Assembly (NCBI GenBank): GCA_000165345.1
Contig: CM000434.1
Location: forward strand, 1,184,001-1,248,000
Direction of reading: 5' to 3'
Length of the DNA: 64,000 bases
The stretch's first letter is position 1; each line of letters opens with the position of its first letter. The translations under genes were made by a program, and so were the position numbers. Shown piece after piece: positions 10,458 through 30,651 of this stretch. A model generated the notes under the pieces. It saw only the letters and a program-made list of their open reading frames with translations. It was not told the origin of the DNA and searched no databases.

Positions 10458-12485
10458 TCAATAGTGAAAATTATTGATAAAATGGGGTTGCTTCACAACA
10501 GAACTTTCAACCCCAACAAACTTATGGCCATTGTTTGTATAACTTAGAGTGGCTGCAGAGGAGGTATTCACCTGTTGTTGGTTTCTTAATGATGCAGCAA
10601 ACTCGTTATTATAAACTGAATTGTTATCAGAAGACCCTGACAAAAACTGACTGTTTAGCATTAGTTTATGTTGTTGTCCGTCGTTTTTAAAGAACTTGTG
10701 ACCTATTGGAGGATTTGCAGGCCTTAGAGACGTCCCAACTGACTTATAATAGCTTCTCTGGGATTCTGCTAAGTCTTCAGAAACTGGACTCTGACCGCCA
10801 CTATAATTATTAAAATGTGTAGCATGTGAAACATTGTGAATATTTATCTGATTACTACTATTTATGTTTGCCATTGAACTCTTTCCCATACCAATACTTT
10901 GTTTTCCAACTTCACAATATTGTTTCTCATCTTCTATGAAAGTTTGGTGAGAGCTCACATTGTTAGGTATAATATTTGATTTGATTATAGCAATTACCTG
11001 AGGATGCCATAGAATTGGAAAGTTATTATGGAAACAAAATAAAAGCTGTTGAATACAATCTGGGTGAAACAAAGCCTTCTTAATACTCCACCTTGTATTT
11101 GGGTTGGGGTCAGTAAACCCAATAAAGATCTCCCACATGAAGTACTGGCTCTGCTTTAATTGAGTATTCCCTTTTTGTTTTCCTTTACTCAGAATCTTAT
11201 TATTAAAATCACTTCTGATTAGTTCCACTACTTTTAGAATATAAGGAGCTGCTTCTGTAACATCCAATCCTTTCTGTCTGCAAATAAACCTACCAGTGAG
11301 AAACAACAATAAGTTCATTCCAACTGCATAGTTGTCTATCTTTTCGGTTAAAGGACCTTTAAATGTCAATACTTCCGGGGGATTAATTTCAAGTGTTCCT
11401 GGCCATTCTGAGGGGCTCAAATGTAACTTCTTCGTTTGTTCACTCCACCCAAAATCACCTATTACTATTGTTTTATTTGAATATCTTAAAATATTCGTTG
11501 GTTTCAAGTCTCTATGTACTACCCCCTTGTCTTGGAAGTATAATACGCTCTGAATTAGTTGAATAAAGTGCTGGAAGGCTTCCAATTCGCTTACACAACA
11601 GTTCTCACGCCAAATAGTACCATCATCTACATAATCTTGAACTAATAGGCTTCCTTCTGGGCCTACTACGATCTTGTGCAGCCTAACTACACCTGGACAT
11701 TGGCTTACTATGAGATTCTTTATTTCTGACTGAAACATTCTCTCAATCCTTTCTACTGTATCTGAAGGATAAGTATGAGGTTCTAATAGTTTTCCTGCAT
11801 ATTTCTTCCCCGTTATTTTATCTTTCAAAAGCCAAACTTTAGCATAAGTCCCAGTTCCTATCATTTCAAGTCTTTCATATGAACTATAAACGCTTGTATA
11901 TCTTTCATCAATTATTCTTTCCCAATTTGGAATCTTTTTATACCAATCTGCTTCAGTAAATCCTCCCAAGTTCACCTTCTTGTAGTTTGTTTGGTTCAAT
12001 GAGCTTTGAGATCCACTTTTGCTACTCAATTTAGTGTTCTTATCTACAATTCTGGTATCATATTCATGATCTCTTTTCTCAGTAAATTCTTCACTTATTT
12101 GACGTTTATTAGTTTCTAACTGTTGAATTACTCTTGGGGTTTCTGAAATCTCCATGTTTCTGTCAACATAGCTCCCTTCCATTACTCCAACGCTTTTTTT
12201 ATATTCTGATATATTTTGTCTGATTAAGTTTCCATTTCTTCCTAATATATCATTTCTATTGTTCCCTGTAAATTCCATCTCTTCTCCATGTTGTAGAAAC
12301 TTTTTATCAGAATAACCAGAATTAAAGTTATGCTTGAATCTAGGTGTTGAACTTTCATTCCTCATACCATCAGTACCTCCATTATTGATATCCCAAGTGT
12401 GTCTGTTCGGAGTGTCATAAATCCTTGTGTTCCCTGATATATTACACCCTTCGTGAATAGTATACATGATAACATAATCCAGCAA
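10458..12485 (-). CDS. Ser/Thr protein kinase (675 aa) with low-complexity N-terminal extension
   Basis: Kinase subdomains are present: GTGTYAKV...YAGK (glycine loop and VAIK region), VHRDLKPTNIL (catalytic loop), GDFGWS (DFG), and a C-lobe through DPNPNTRWSIKKALFHP. Confidence 0.85.
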   Translation of the reverse strand: MLDYVIMYTIHEGCNISGNTRIYDTPNRHTWDINNGGTDGMRNESSTPRFKHNFNSGYSDKKFLQHGEEMEFTGNNRNDILGRNGNLIRQNISEYKKSVGVMEGSYVDRNMEISETPRVIQQLETNKRQISEEFTEKRDHEYDTRIVDKNTKLSSKSGSQSSLNQTNYKKVNLGGFTEADWYKKIPNWERIIDERYTSVYSSYERLEMIGTGTYAKVWLLKDKITGKKYAGKLLEPHTYPSDTVERIERMFQSEIKNLIVSQCPGVVRLHKIVVGPEGSLLVQDYVDDGTIWRENCCVSELEAFQHFIQLIQSVLYFQDKGVVHRDLKPTNILRYSNKTIVIGDFGWSEQTKKLHLSPSEWPGTLEINPPEVLTFKGPLTEKIDNYAVGMNLLLFLTGRFICRQKGLDVTEAAPYILKVVELIRSDFNNKILSKGKQKGNTQLKQSQYFMWEIFIGFTDPNPNTRWSIKKALFHPDCIQQLLFCFHNNFPILWHPQVIAIIKSNIIPNNVSSHQTFIEDEKQYCEVGKQSIGMGKSSMANINSSNQINIHNVSHATHFNNYSGGQSPVSEDLAESQRSYYKSVGTSLRPANPPIGHKFFKNDGQQHKLMLNSQFLSGSSDNNSVYNNEFAASLRNQQQVNTSSAATLSYTNNGHKFVGVESSVVKQPHFINNFHY

Positions 12486-12787
12486 TCCCTAAATCTCCAA
12501 ATATTCACCAAATAATTGCTTCTCCTATGTCTGATAACACACTCCTATTATTATCGTAATTAATCTCTGATAGACTCTGGTATATACCACATTCAAGCTT
12601 ATTGACAATTTGATGTACTTCAAGCCTTAAATCTGTATATATTTCTTCTAATTTTAACCAAATTCCATCAAATAAATTACAAAAAAAGAGTTCTCAATCT
12701 CCAAAAGAGCTGGTAAACTCCTTATTTCCTGAATACCTCCTTCACTTGTGTGTCCCCAATTTTCCTATTTTTATTGCACCCTCCATA

Positions 12788-12805
12788 CCCGTCATGTGTG
12801 ACGGG
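12788..12805. promoter_or_regulatory. Perfect inverted repeat CCCGTCA-TGTG-TGACGGG
   Basis: Read directly. It lies about 300 bp upstream of the kinase ATG (12485). It could be a palindromic TF site or a hairpin. Confidence 0.35.
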
Positions 12806-13009
12806 TATGTATTTGCACGCCTGTCACTCTAAAATACCCGTACGGATGAGATACATTTCAAATCATTCCAATAACTCACATTTGTCTACTTAATTATGAA
12901 AGAATTCTCACCTTTTTCGAAAACATCACCTAATATCCAAATAACCCATTTTACTTAAGATTCCGAAATTTGAAGTTTTTTTTATTTGCATGTTTTGCCC
13001 GCCAAAACT

Positions 13010-14473
13010 TTATTCCTTTTTAATTTTGACAGAGTGATTATTAAGTCTTTTAATTAAAATAACAATAAGGAAAGGAATAAAAACGAGGAAAGAAATTAGG
13101 AAAGTTCCTGAAAATGTGATGATATGTGACTTGATTCTGTAATATGCTTGAAATTTGTAGTTGAGTAGAAGATGTTCAGGAATATAGTAGGAACTCATAT
13201 TATACACTAATACTGGTCTAGGCTTCAAAATATCGAGCCAACCAAAATAATGATCCAACTCATCATTTTGTATAAGAGATGGGATATTGTTATTCTTTGG
13301 GAAATCTATAGAAATGTCAGAGGAGCCAGTTGGGAATCTGATTTGTGTGTTGACATTCTCTGAGTATATTCCTTTAGCTGAAGGAATCATAGTAAGATTA
13401 AGCATGTATAGCTTTAGACTTTGATCGTAGAAAACAACAGTTTCTAGAGGGAGATTGTATTCCACAATGTAGTCAAACTGCCATCCACCCATTAAAGGTG
13501 ATCTGGGTTGGATTTGGAGCATTGTGTGAGAGGCCCCAACTCTCCAAGCATTTGAGTATGAAATATTTCCAATCTGGTCATAGTATTCCAGTCCAACAGC
13601 TCTATATGGAAGAACATGATCTACAAATAGACAAACATGTGTGTTATGAGGTAGTACTGTTCCTGGATTTCTCATCCTAGCAAAACCTTGCCCTGAAAGG
13701 ATCATAATTTCCTTTCTGTGGAATTCTCCTTTGTTATGAGCTGCCATATTTATTCCTGAGTATTCTTCTTTAACCTTAACATTTCCCCAGTGGGAAATTT
13801 CAATGATTCTGGAGACTGAGTCAAAGTAAACAAGATGATTGTTTAATGAAAAATGAACCAAAAACTTATCACCTTGTTTGTCCTGGCTCACCAAATGGAC
13901 TACCTTGTTTTCTTGTCGCTTCATATTTGTTGGTATTACTCTCTCTATAATTGTTCCTGCCAAAAACTGAATTACTATCTTTTCTTTAGTAACTTTGTAC
14001 TTGTTTCTAAGCCTGAGTTCATCCTCAAACACCAAAAGCTGGTTTTCTCCAAGTCTTATAGCTTTTGGTAAAGCAGAGTAAGGATTTCCCATATGATATT
14101 CTATAAATATGGTCCTCTCATTATCTGAAAGATGACCAACTTCTATCTTAAATGACTTTTCTGCTTCAATTTTTTCAACTTTAAAGTTATTAGAACTAAT
14201 AGAGGAAGTTCCTGCTGAGATGAATCCAATTCTTGAAAATTGGTCTTCTGGAAGAGCAAAAACGTATTCAAAACTAGAAATCTCGTCTTTAATACTTTTA
14301 AGTTTCACTTCCATAACTACCTTGGCAACCCTCTTTGTCAAGTAAAAAGTTCTGGTAACTTGTGTTGAAACTAGTTCATCTAAGTTTCCTTCTCCTCCAA
14401 TAACTATTGAGATCCAGCTGAATAATACCAAAATACTTAAAAAATACATCTTAATTCCGCTCATTTTGAGCAT
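13010..14473 (-). CDS. OST1: Ribophorin I / OST1 subunit of oligosaccharyltransferase (signal peptide, luminal domain, C-terminal TM)
   Basis: An N-terminal hydrophobic signal is present. The HWGN motif (IEISHWGNVKVKEE) is characteristic of ribophorin I (human ITVSHWGNIAVEE). A single TM (ITFSGTFLISFLVFIPFLIVILI) sits near the C-terminus. Confidence 0.75.
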   Translation of the reverse strand: MLKMSGIKMYFLSILVLFSWISIVIGGEGNLDELVSTQVTRTFYLTKRVAKVVMEVKLKSIKDEISSFEYVFALPEDQFSRIGFISAGTSSISSNNFKVEKIEAEKSFKIEVGHLSDNERTIFIEYHMGNPYSALPKAIRLGENQLLVFEDELRLRNKYKVTKEKIVIQFLAGTIIERVIPTNMKRQENKVVHLVSQDKQGDKFLVHFSLNNHLVYFDSVSRIIEISHWGNVKVKEEYSGINMAAHNKGEFHRKEIMILSGQGFARMRNPGTVLPHNTHVCLFVDHVLPYRAVGLEYYDQIGNISYSNAWRVGASHTMLQIQPRSPLMGGWQFDYIVEYNLPLETVVFYDQSLKLYMLNLTMIPSAKGIYSENVNTQIRFPTGSSDISIDFPKNNNIPSLIQNDELDHYFGWLDILKPRPVLVYNMSSYYIPEHLLLNYKFQAYYRIKSHIITFSGTFLISFLVFIPFLIVILIKRLNNHSVKIKKE

Positions 14474-14571
14474 TATTGAGATTCTTTGACTTTTAAAAAA
14501 CTCTATTTAGACTTTTTTTTACCCCTCTTTTCCCCCTAAAATTTTTTTTATTAAATATTTAAAAAAAAATT

Positions 14572-14610
14572 CCCCTATACCGGCCTTTATTTATTGCCCT
14601 ATACCGGTGT
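14572..14610. promoter_or_regulatory. Direct repeat CCCTATACCGG (14573-14583; 14598-14608), the second copy as ATACCGGTGT
   Basis: About 100-135 bp upstream of the ribophorin ATG. It belongs to the recurring ATACCGGT motif family. Confidence 0.5.
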
Positions 14611-14820
14611 TGCTGCATTAAGTAACTTGGCACACAAAAAATTCAAATTAGCTAAAAATTGCAAAAAATTTGGCAGTAAGCCAATAGAAACGAAACTTAA
14701 AACAGAAACTAACAACTTTCTAATTATCAAAACTTAGTGTTTAGCTAGTTATGCCTCTATTTAAGCCTAACAACAATCTACTAGTACCAATATTAACATA
14801 TAATTTGTGAGTTTCACTCC

Positions 14821-16416
14821 TTAAACTCCTTGCCTTTGTCTAGGAGCGCAACGTATAATATCGTCAACTCTCAAAATCATCTCAGCTGCCTCAGTAGCTG
14901 AACAGATCTGAGAGAGTTTTGATTCAAATGACTCAAGGATGCCAAGTTCCTTCATATCTCCAGGTTGAGCAACTTTAAAATCAATTCCATAGGTACTACT
15001 ACCCTTATAGTGAAGAGCTCTAAGTTTAGTAACAATCTCAGCACTATCATAGCCTCCATTATCCAAGAGAATAGTGGGAATTTGTCTCAATGCATTAGCA
15101 AATGCCTCAATTGCAAGACTCTTTTTTCCTTCAACTCTCTTAGAAAGTTCATCAACCGAGACACTCATTAACATTTCACTACATCCACCACCATAAACCA
15201 CTCTTCCATCACTAACAGTTTGGAAAAGAACTGCCAGAGCATCATGAAGACTTCTTTCAGCCTCATCAAGTATATGAGAAGATGCTCCTCTTAATACAAT
15301 GGTGCATGCTTGGTTTTTAGCACATCCAGAAAAGCGGATAAACTCGTCTTCTCCAATCATAATGGTATCCATAAGTTCACAAGTTCCAAGAACTGTTTTT
15401 TCTGGATTATCAAAAGTACTAACAATATCTGCTCCTAATACAGCTCCAAGTCTCTCAACTCCTTCAAAGTCTGCATGTTCTATGGCAACAATTCCAGCCT
15501 CTTTGAATAATTGATCAGGATAGTTATAAATAAGTTGTCTATTAATGAATACATTACATCCATGCTTGAGGATTTTCTGGACTTTATTATACATTTTCTT
15601 CTTTTCTGCTTGTTCAATTTCCTGAACAGTATCCATACTATCAACAGTGACTTTAGCACCGTAGATCTTAATTTTGTCAGTATCCATTGGGGTATTTGCT
15701 ACCAAGATTTTACAGTTTCTCATAACCTTTGGTTGGCCAACTCCAATCTTCTTTTCAAGAATGAATCCTTCTTCTAAGAAGGAGTCCTGTAGTGATCCTC
15801 CAACTTTTTTGATGATTTGGATGTAGTCCAAATTCATGTTATCTCCAAGTCTAAGAATAGCTTTTAAAGCTAAGTTAGCAAAATGATCCTTCTCAATAGT
15901 GAGAAGTTTTGAACTTAGAGTAGTTCTTGCTATATTTAGTAAATCAGTTTCAAAAGCTGAACGATTTTCACGGTTATTAAAGGAATTTGAGCTTAAAGCT
16001 TTTCTAGCCTCCTCTAAAGCCATTCTATATCCAGCAATAATAACTTGAGGATGAATCTTCTGATCCAATAATCTCTCAGCTTGTTTAAGTAATTCTGAAG
16101 CTAAAATAACAACTCCCGTTGTACCATCTCCACATCTATTGTCTTGTTGTTTACTGATATCAACCAATATCTTGGCAGCTGGATTGTCAATTGAAATAGA
16201 CTTCAAAATAGTAGCACCATCATTAGTTACTATAGGAGTAGAGTCAATTGGGCCTTCCTTTATTGGCTGTAATATTTTATCCATTCCCTTTGGACCAAAA
16301 GTAGTTTTCAAAAGATCTCCTATTGCTATTGCTCCTACAATTGACTGGAGTCTAGCTAATTCACCCTTGCTCTCCTGAGCTCCATCATCCATGATCTTCG
16401 GTACGACTGATGTCAT
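14821..16416 (-). CDS. CCT2: T-complex protein 1 subunit beta (CCT2 chaperonin)
   Basis: Near-colinear identity to CCT beta throughout: [131 protein letters not shown]. Confidence 0.95.
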   Translation of the reverse strand: MTSVVPKIMDDGAQESKGELARLQSIVGAIAIGDLLKTTFGPKGMDKILQPIKEGPIDSTPIVTNDGATILKSISIDNPAAKILVDISKQQDNRCGDGTTGVVILASELLKQAERLLDQKIHPQVIIAGYRMALEEARKALSSNSFNNRENRSAFETDLLNIARTTLSSKLLTIEKDHFANLALKAILRLGDNMNLDYIQIIKKVGGSLQDSFLEEGFILEKKIGVGQPKVMRNCKILVANTPMDTDKIKIYGAKVTVDSMDTVQEIEQAEKKKMYNKVQKILKHGCNVFINRQLIYNYPDQLFKEAGIVAIEHADFEGVERLGAVLGADIVSTFDNPEKTVLGTCELMDTIMIGEDEFIRFSGCAKNQACTIVLRGASSHILDEAERSLHDALAVLFQTVSDGRVVYGGGCSEMLMSVSVDELSKRVEGKKSLAIEAFANALRQIPTILLDNGGYDSAEIVTKLRALHYKGSSTYGIDFKVAQPGDMKELGILESFESKLSQICSATEAAEMILRVDDIIRCAPRQRQGV

Positions 16417-16665
16417 CTTAGTCTTTTCAGTTCACCTCTTTTAAGAAAATTTCCTTTAAAATTGGAAGAAGAACTTTCTGCCCCAAAATACTAGTCTTTA
16501 TTATTTAATTCCTCAATGACATTAAGGATAGTTATTACCCCTCCTTTTTTCTACTTCCCACTTATATTTACCATACAAGTAAAAAAATTTCAAAGCTTAA
16601 GTCTTAATTTCCCGCCTATTTTTTTTTATTTTTGATCTTTACTTATTACTTCTGTCTTTTAATCA

Positions 16666-16703
16666 ATACCGGTACTTTTTGAGGCGGGCAAACTGTGGCG
16701 CCG
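16666..16703. promoter_or_regulatory. ATACCGGTAC ... GAGGCGGGCAAA ... TGGCGCCG (ACCGGT palindrome, E2F-like GGCGGG, GGCGCC 16698-16703)
   Basis: Located upstream of the CCT beta ATG (16416). Three motif classes sit within 40 bp. Confidence 0.55.
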
Positions 16704-16859
16704 CGTGTGTGTAATGAAAATAATATTGAAAGAGGAATGAAAACGAACTCAAAATAAAAAAAAATTAGTGCAACTAAATAAAGAGAGCAAAGTAGATAGG
16801 AATTTACTTTAGTTATTATCATATGAATAGTTGTTTTTGTGTAGGATGATGTTCCTGCG

Positions 16860-18581
16860 TTACTTTTTCATTTTGTGGAAAACAGTAGCAGGTCCAACAA
16901 TTCCAAATGTTTCTTCTAGCTTTAAAGTATCAGAATAGGTATTTTCAGCAAATTTTTTTGCTTCATCATTATCATTTATAGTGGGAACTGACGTTTTGAG
17001 AGTACTTTTAAGTTCTTCGTCCATTTTTTTCATGATTTCATTCAGTTCATCAAAATCAAGTTCACTCAAGTCGCTTTCGAGAGTTATATCACTCATATCT
17101 TCATCATGATATTCTGGAAGTGAATTTGGATCCGAAAAATCTAGGTCTATGCCATCAAAATAAGATTTCTCTTCCAAAATATCTGAGAAATTAAAACATT
17201 GATCATTTTTGAAAGATTTGGAGTCTTCTGAGTAGACTTTTTGAATATCTTCAATTAGCTTTTTAGAGTATTCTTCATTATTCATCCAACTGCTTGAATC
17301 GGATTGATTTTTATCCTCATCATTTTTAGATGATAAAATCATTTTTGATTCTTTTAAATTGTTTGCTAAATGTACCCATAATGTACGAAAATCATCATTC
17401 TTTTGGGATTTTAAGTCTTTCATAAGTTCTAGAGAATCTTTTACAAGAGTTTGAATATCAGACTCTTTATTCTTAATCTCCTCATTTGATTTCAAGTATT
17501 CTGTATTGATAAATTTCCAGATAAATAAATTCAAAGATTTACTTGGATTGATTAAATATACTAGATAAATCCCATAAGTTAATAGACATCCATACAAAAG
17601 CTCAGAATGGAATTTCTTATTTTGAAGATTCTCTGGAAGATGATTTATCCAACTATTTCTTGAAAATTTTGGAGGAAGCATTGTCAAGAGAGCTTCATTA
17701 ATAAATCTCGAATATTGAGTCCTTGTCATGCAAATCTTTACTCGAATCAAGTCTTTTGGTAAAAACATATTAACATTATTATCAGAATCCTCTTTTTTTC
17801 TCAATTTTTTTAGCTCTGAAGAATCATACCTGTTGCAAAGAAGATATTTAAGTGAGATTTCTAACAGATAATGAAACTCAAATATCATCTCTGCTATTTT
17901 TTTTGGAAGTATTACATAGAAATTATGAAATTTCTCTACATGATTAATTTTTGAAATTGAGTCAAACTTATCCATAAAGATCTTTGTAAAGGATTCTTCT
18001 GTATAACAATCATTAATTTGGCATTTTATTATCTCAAGAGCAGATTTTAGAGACAAATTCTCTGTCATATTGTCCATTATTTCTGGAGGAATCAAATAAA
18101 CTCTTCCCTTTAATATAAAACATCTATTTGCTGAATTATTTGGTTTCATCCAATTTGGTAAGATATCAGCCAAATCTATCAAAATCGGATCTCCATCACT
18201 ACTTATTGCTTGAACTACCAGATTCTCCATACTTTCCGTTACTTTATAACAAAGGTATATAGCATACCATTCATCTAAGTGATAAGTACTCAAATTCAGT
18301 GAACATCTTACATAATCCACCTCCTCAACTCTGTCCATCTCAAGAGAAAATGGAATTGTATCCCAATTATAACCAAAAATCCCTAATTCTATGAATTTTT
18401 TATAAAGATCATTTATATACATATCCCCTTTTTCTGGAGAAATACTATTTTTTAAGTCATCCAAATAGAAAAATTTTAGCTCAATTCCTCCATCAATATC
18501 TTCATAATCGTAACCATTCTTAGTCAACTCCAAAATTCTTTCCAATAACTCATTACTGCCTACATTACTAAAACCTTCCAT
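16860..18581 (-). CDS. ECD: Ecdysoneless / SGT1-family (PF07093) protein
   Basis: YHLDEWYAIYLCYKVTESMENLVVQAISSDGDPILIDLADILPNWMKPNNSANRCFILKGRVYLIPP parallels human ECD [68 protein letters not shown]. The C-terminus is an acidic tail. Confidence 0.85.
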   Translation of the reverse strand: MEGFSNVGSNELLERILELTKNGYDYEDIDGGIELKFFYLDDLKNSISPEKGDMYINDLYKKFIELGIFGYNWDTIPFSLEMDRVEEVDYVRCSLNLSTYHLDEWYAIYLCYKVTESMENLVVQAISSDGDPILIDLADILPNWMKPNNSANRCFILKGRVYLIPPEIMDNMTENLSLKSALEIIKCQINDCYTEESFTKIFMDKFDSISKINHVEKFHNFYVILPKKIAEMIFEFHYLLEISLKYLLCNRYDSSELKKLRKKEDSDNNVNMFLPKDLIRVKICMTRTQYSRFINEALLTMLPPKFSRNSWINHLPENLQNKKFHSELLYGCLLTYGIYLVYLINPSKSLNLFIWKFINTEYLKSNEEIKNKESDIQTLVKDSLELMKDLKSQKNDDFRTLWVHLANNLKESKMILSSKNDEDKNQSDSSSWMNNEEYSKKLIEDIQKVYSEDSKSFKNDQCFNFSDILEEKSYFDGIDLDFSDPNSLPEYHDEDMSDITLESDLSELDFDELNEIMKKMDEELKSTLKTSVPTINDNDEAKKFAENTYSDTLKLEETFGIVGPATVFHKMKK

Positions 18582-18638
18582 ATTTCACTCTTTTTTCCCC
18601 ATTAATTATTTCATTTCATTATTGACATTTTTTGTGTT

Positions 18639-18680
18639 GGCGCCTGTTTATTTTTATATACCGGTGTTCCACGTAATTAA
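18639..18680. promoter_or_regulatory. GGCGCC (18639-18644) ... TATACCGGTGT (18656-18666) ... CACGTAATTA
   Basis: 60-80 bp upstream of the ECD ATG, in a divergent spacer shared with PIG-V. Confidence 0.55.
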
Positions 18681-19098
18681 ATTGTCTCAAAAAATACATG
18701 CGAAAAATTTGTTTGAGAAATATTGAAGAAAAATAAGTGATATTACTAAAAATTTTCTATGTTTTCAAATTATTTTATCTTTTATCCTGATTTTATTTTT
18801 GTTTTTTTTGTGTGTTGTTTCCTTCTATCTTTTTAGAATTCATTCATAGCCTAAATTAGTAATTAATTAACATGTTTTTGTTAATGCGCTTAAATCATGT
18901 TTTCAATGGGGTTAATTTTCTTCAAAATCATGAACTTTAGTAATAAAAAAATTTTTAAAGTGGTTTATTTGGAAAAACTAAACATAATATTTAGGAATTA
19001 ATCCAAAAGAGAATTGTCACATTTGAATATATTTAAATATAAAGCTTAAAGAACACATCCAAAAATATTAAGTATAAAATATTTGTATTTATATTAAA

Positions 19099-19118
19099 TA
19101 TATATATATATATATATA
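19099..19118. repeat. (TA)10 microsatellite
   Basis: Direct reading, 45 bp upstream of the PIG-V ATG. Confidence 0.8.
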
Positions 19119-19160
19119 ATTTAAGAAAAGAAATCTCCATAACTTATATTCTTATCACAA

Positions 19161-20483
19161 ATGAAAACAACCATAGGAAGAGTTATATTTCTGGCAATCT
19201 GTTCTCGTCTATTGTGTATTTTCATTTCATTCTTGACAAATGATTTGTTTTCTACCATAAGAAATACAGGAATCCTTCATTTATACTTAGACAATAACCA
19301 AAATTCACAAAATACTGTCACTTGGAAGCTATTTAAATCCTTTATTAATTGGGATGGAGAATATTATTTAAGAATATCATACTATAATGATTATGAATAT
19401 GAACATCAACATGCTTTTTTACCTCTATATCCTATATTAGTTAATCAAATTTCAAAGATTGTTTCTGGTATTAATAAAACAAGTATTTTAGTTAATATGA
19501 TTGTTGGAACAATTATTAGTAATTTGGCATTTGTATTAGCTTCTGTTGGTCTATATCTATTTCAATGTGAATTATTTTATAAGATGAAAATAAAAAATGT
19601 TGTTTTTCCAGGTATATCTACTCTTTTCTTTCTTTTCCCAAGCTCAAACATTTTCAATTCTTCTATGTATACTGAAAGTTTATATTCTTGTTTTAATTTT
19701 TGGGGAGCATTTCTAATTCTTAAAGCCGAGTCCAATTCTCATAAGTTTGGTTTCTTTTCAATTAAGAATTTTATATATTTAATTTTATCAGTACTTTGTA
19801 TGTCAGTAACATGTGGAATAAGATCTAATGGAATCTTAAATTCTATTCCACTCTTTTTCTATTTTGTATCAACTAGTCCAAGCATTAAAAATATCTTAAA
19901 ATTCATATTACATTGGTCTATTGCCTTTATTATGTTCATTTCTACTATTTTTCCTTTTTTGGCTTATCTAATATATTCTTATTTTAGATATTGTGTATAT
20001 ATTTCAGAATCTCGTCCTTGGTGTAAATCTTTAATCCCAAATATTTATTCTTTTGTTCAAGATGAATACTGGAGTAATGGTATATTTAACTATTGGAGAA
20101 TTGAAAAATTTGATAAATTTATTCTTATTATTCCTTTTATACTTGTAACAATTTACTCTATAAAAATTTTCTTTATTAAAAGATCAAAAAAAGATAAAAA
20201 TAATGTATTTTCTATTATTTATCAAATACTTGATCATTTTCAACATTGTTATTCAGTTTTTGGATATTTTTTTCAAATTTACTTTCTTCTTATTTCCATT
20301 CTACTTTATGGTTATGTTGAAGTAATTATCAGATTATTTAACTGTATTCCATTATACTTTACTCTTATGGGTTATTTTTTTCAAAATCAAAATCCAAAAC
20401 TTTCCAATCTTCTTTTAATTTACCAAATATTTACCTTTATTTTTGGTAGTATTTGGTTTCCAAACTTTCTTCCCTGGACTTAA
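19161..20483 (+). CDS. PIGV: GPI mannosyltransferase 2 (PIG-V / Gpi18-like), multi-pass membrane protein
   Basis: About ten hydrophobic segments. The luminal-loop motif WDGEYYLRISYYNDYEYEHQHAFLPLYP resembles the PIG-V family WD(A/G)xxFxxIAxxGY..EHxxAFFP block. Confidence 0.7.
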   Translation: MKTTIGRVIFLAICSRLLCIFISFLTNDLFSTIRNTGILHLYLDNNQNSQNTVTWKLFKSFINWDGEYYLRISYYNDYEYEHQHAFLPLYPILVNQISKIVSGINKTSILVNMIVGTIISNLAFVLASVGLYLFQCELFYKMKIKNVVFPGISTLFFLFPSSNIFNSSMYTESLYSCFNFWGAFLILKAESNSHKFGFFSIKNFIYLILSVLCMSVTCGIRSNGILNSIPLFFYFVSTSPSIKNILKFILHWSIAFIMFISTIFPFLAYLIYSYFRYCVYISESRPWCKSLIPNIYSFVQDEYWSNGIFNYWRIEKFDKFILIIPFILVTIYSIKIFFIKRSKKDKNNVFSIIYQILDHFQHCYSVFGYFFQIYFLLISILLYGYVEVIIRLFNCIPLYFTLMGYFFQNQNPKLSNLLLIYQIFTFIFGSIWFPNFLPWT

Positions 20484-20607
20484 TTTTGTTTAAATTCATA
20501 TTAATCTTTAAAAAAATACATTTATAAGGTATAAAGGACAAATTTTTCTATTGTTTTTTCTTCTCAAAAAAAAAAAAAATTTGTATGGATCTTGAAATAT
20601 TTTCTGC

Positions 20608-20646
20608 ATATACCGGTGTTAAGGTATCTAACATGCAAATGGCGCC
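20608..20646. promoter_or_regulatory. ATATACCGGTGT (20608-20619) ... CATGCAAATGGCGCCAAAC (GGCGCC 20641-20646)
   Basis: About 100-130 bp upstream of the ATG at 20739. Confidence 0.55.
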
Positions 20647-20738
20647 AAACTTTTTATAGCCTTTGAAAAATTAATAAAAAAGAAAAAAAAAATTTTAAGA
20701 AAATAAATCTTGATATCTAATATTCAATATTGAACTAG

Positions 20739-21168
20739 ATGTCTAGTAAACAGATTAAACTTTCTTCTAATGTTTCTGCTGTAAGTTTCTATTTTGAGTA
20801 AAAAATATTAGTATTGATTAATTAATTTAATTTAATTGTTTTCTTTAAATTTTCTATAGTTGAGATTTATTCAAGCAGCTCAAACTAAAGTAAAACATGA
20901 GGAACTAAAGAAGAAACAAGAAAAAACACTTGGATGGTACTTACCAGGTTTTGAAGAGACAAAAACTAGAGGATCAGAACTTGCAAATAAAAATCTTCAA
21001 CTTGAAAATATGTATATTTTAACTAGAAAATCCTTTAATTCTTATAATCAATTAGTAGAGAAACAAAATTCGAATATAATTTCAAGAAGAAAACATTATG
21101 AAAGAGTTAAAGATGAAGAAAGAGAAGAAAAGATTATACAAAATATGTTTAAAAAACATCAAAAATAG
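20739..21168 (+). CDS. Small basic K/E-rich protein (about 116 aa); exons 20739-20780 and 20860-21168; intron 20781-20859 (GTAAGT...TCTATAG)
   Basis: ATG-initiated 14-codon exon (MSSKQIKLSSNVSA) ends exactly at a GTAAGT. The acceptor TATAG immediately precedes the long ORF, whose track start is a TTG. Phase 0/0. Family unknown. Confidence 0.5.
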
Positions 21169-21303
21169 GTGTATAAATTGGTTGATAACAATATTACTAC
21201 TATTAATTAATCGATAGGATCATTAATTATCTTATTTAAGTTTATAAGGGTTGAATATGGAGAGTTTATTTATTAATTCCTTTAAAGTTAGGTTAATCTA
21301 ATC

Positions 21304-30323
<9,020 letters not shown>

Positions 30324-30460
30324 ATAGCAATAGATGAAATATAATTAAGTATATAGAATCCAGAATTTCAGATCAAAAAAGCAATAATAACTGTAATTTT
30401 TTTGGTAAAGTTGTAATGTCTAATTCATTATTATTATTTTTTGACAAAATAAATTTTGAT

Positions 30461-30496
30461 TTTTCGATACCTTATACCGGTATATAAAAAGGCGCC
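30461..30496. promoter_or_regulatory. TTTTCGATACCTTATACCGGTATATAAAAAGGCGCCAACTG: ACCGGT palindrome (30476-30481), TATA-like, GGCGCC (30491-30496)
   Basis: Divergent spacer between the PZP exon (ATG 30323, minus) and Trm5 (ATG 30652, plus). Confidence 0.55.
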
Positions 30497-30651
30497 AACT
30501 GTCAAAAAAGAAAATAAATCTGAAAAATAAAACTGGGTGGGAAAAAGAGTAAATGAAAAAAAAAATAATAATAATAAATAAAAAATAAAAGTAATAATAT
30601 TAGTAATAACAAAATAAATAAAACATTATTATTAATATTAAAAAGTAAAGA

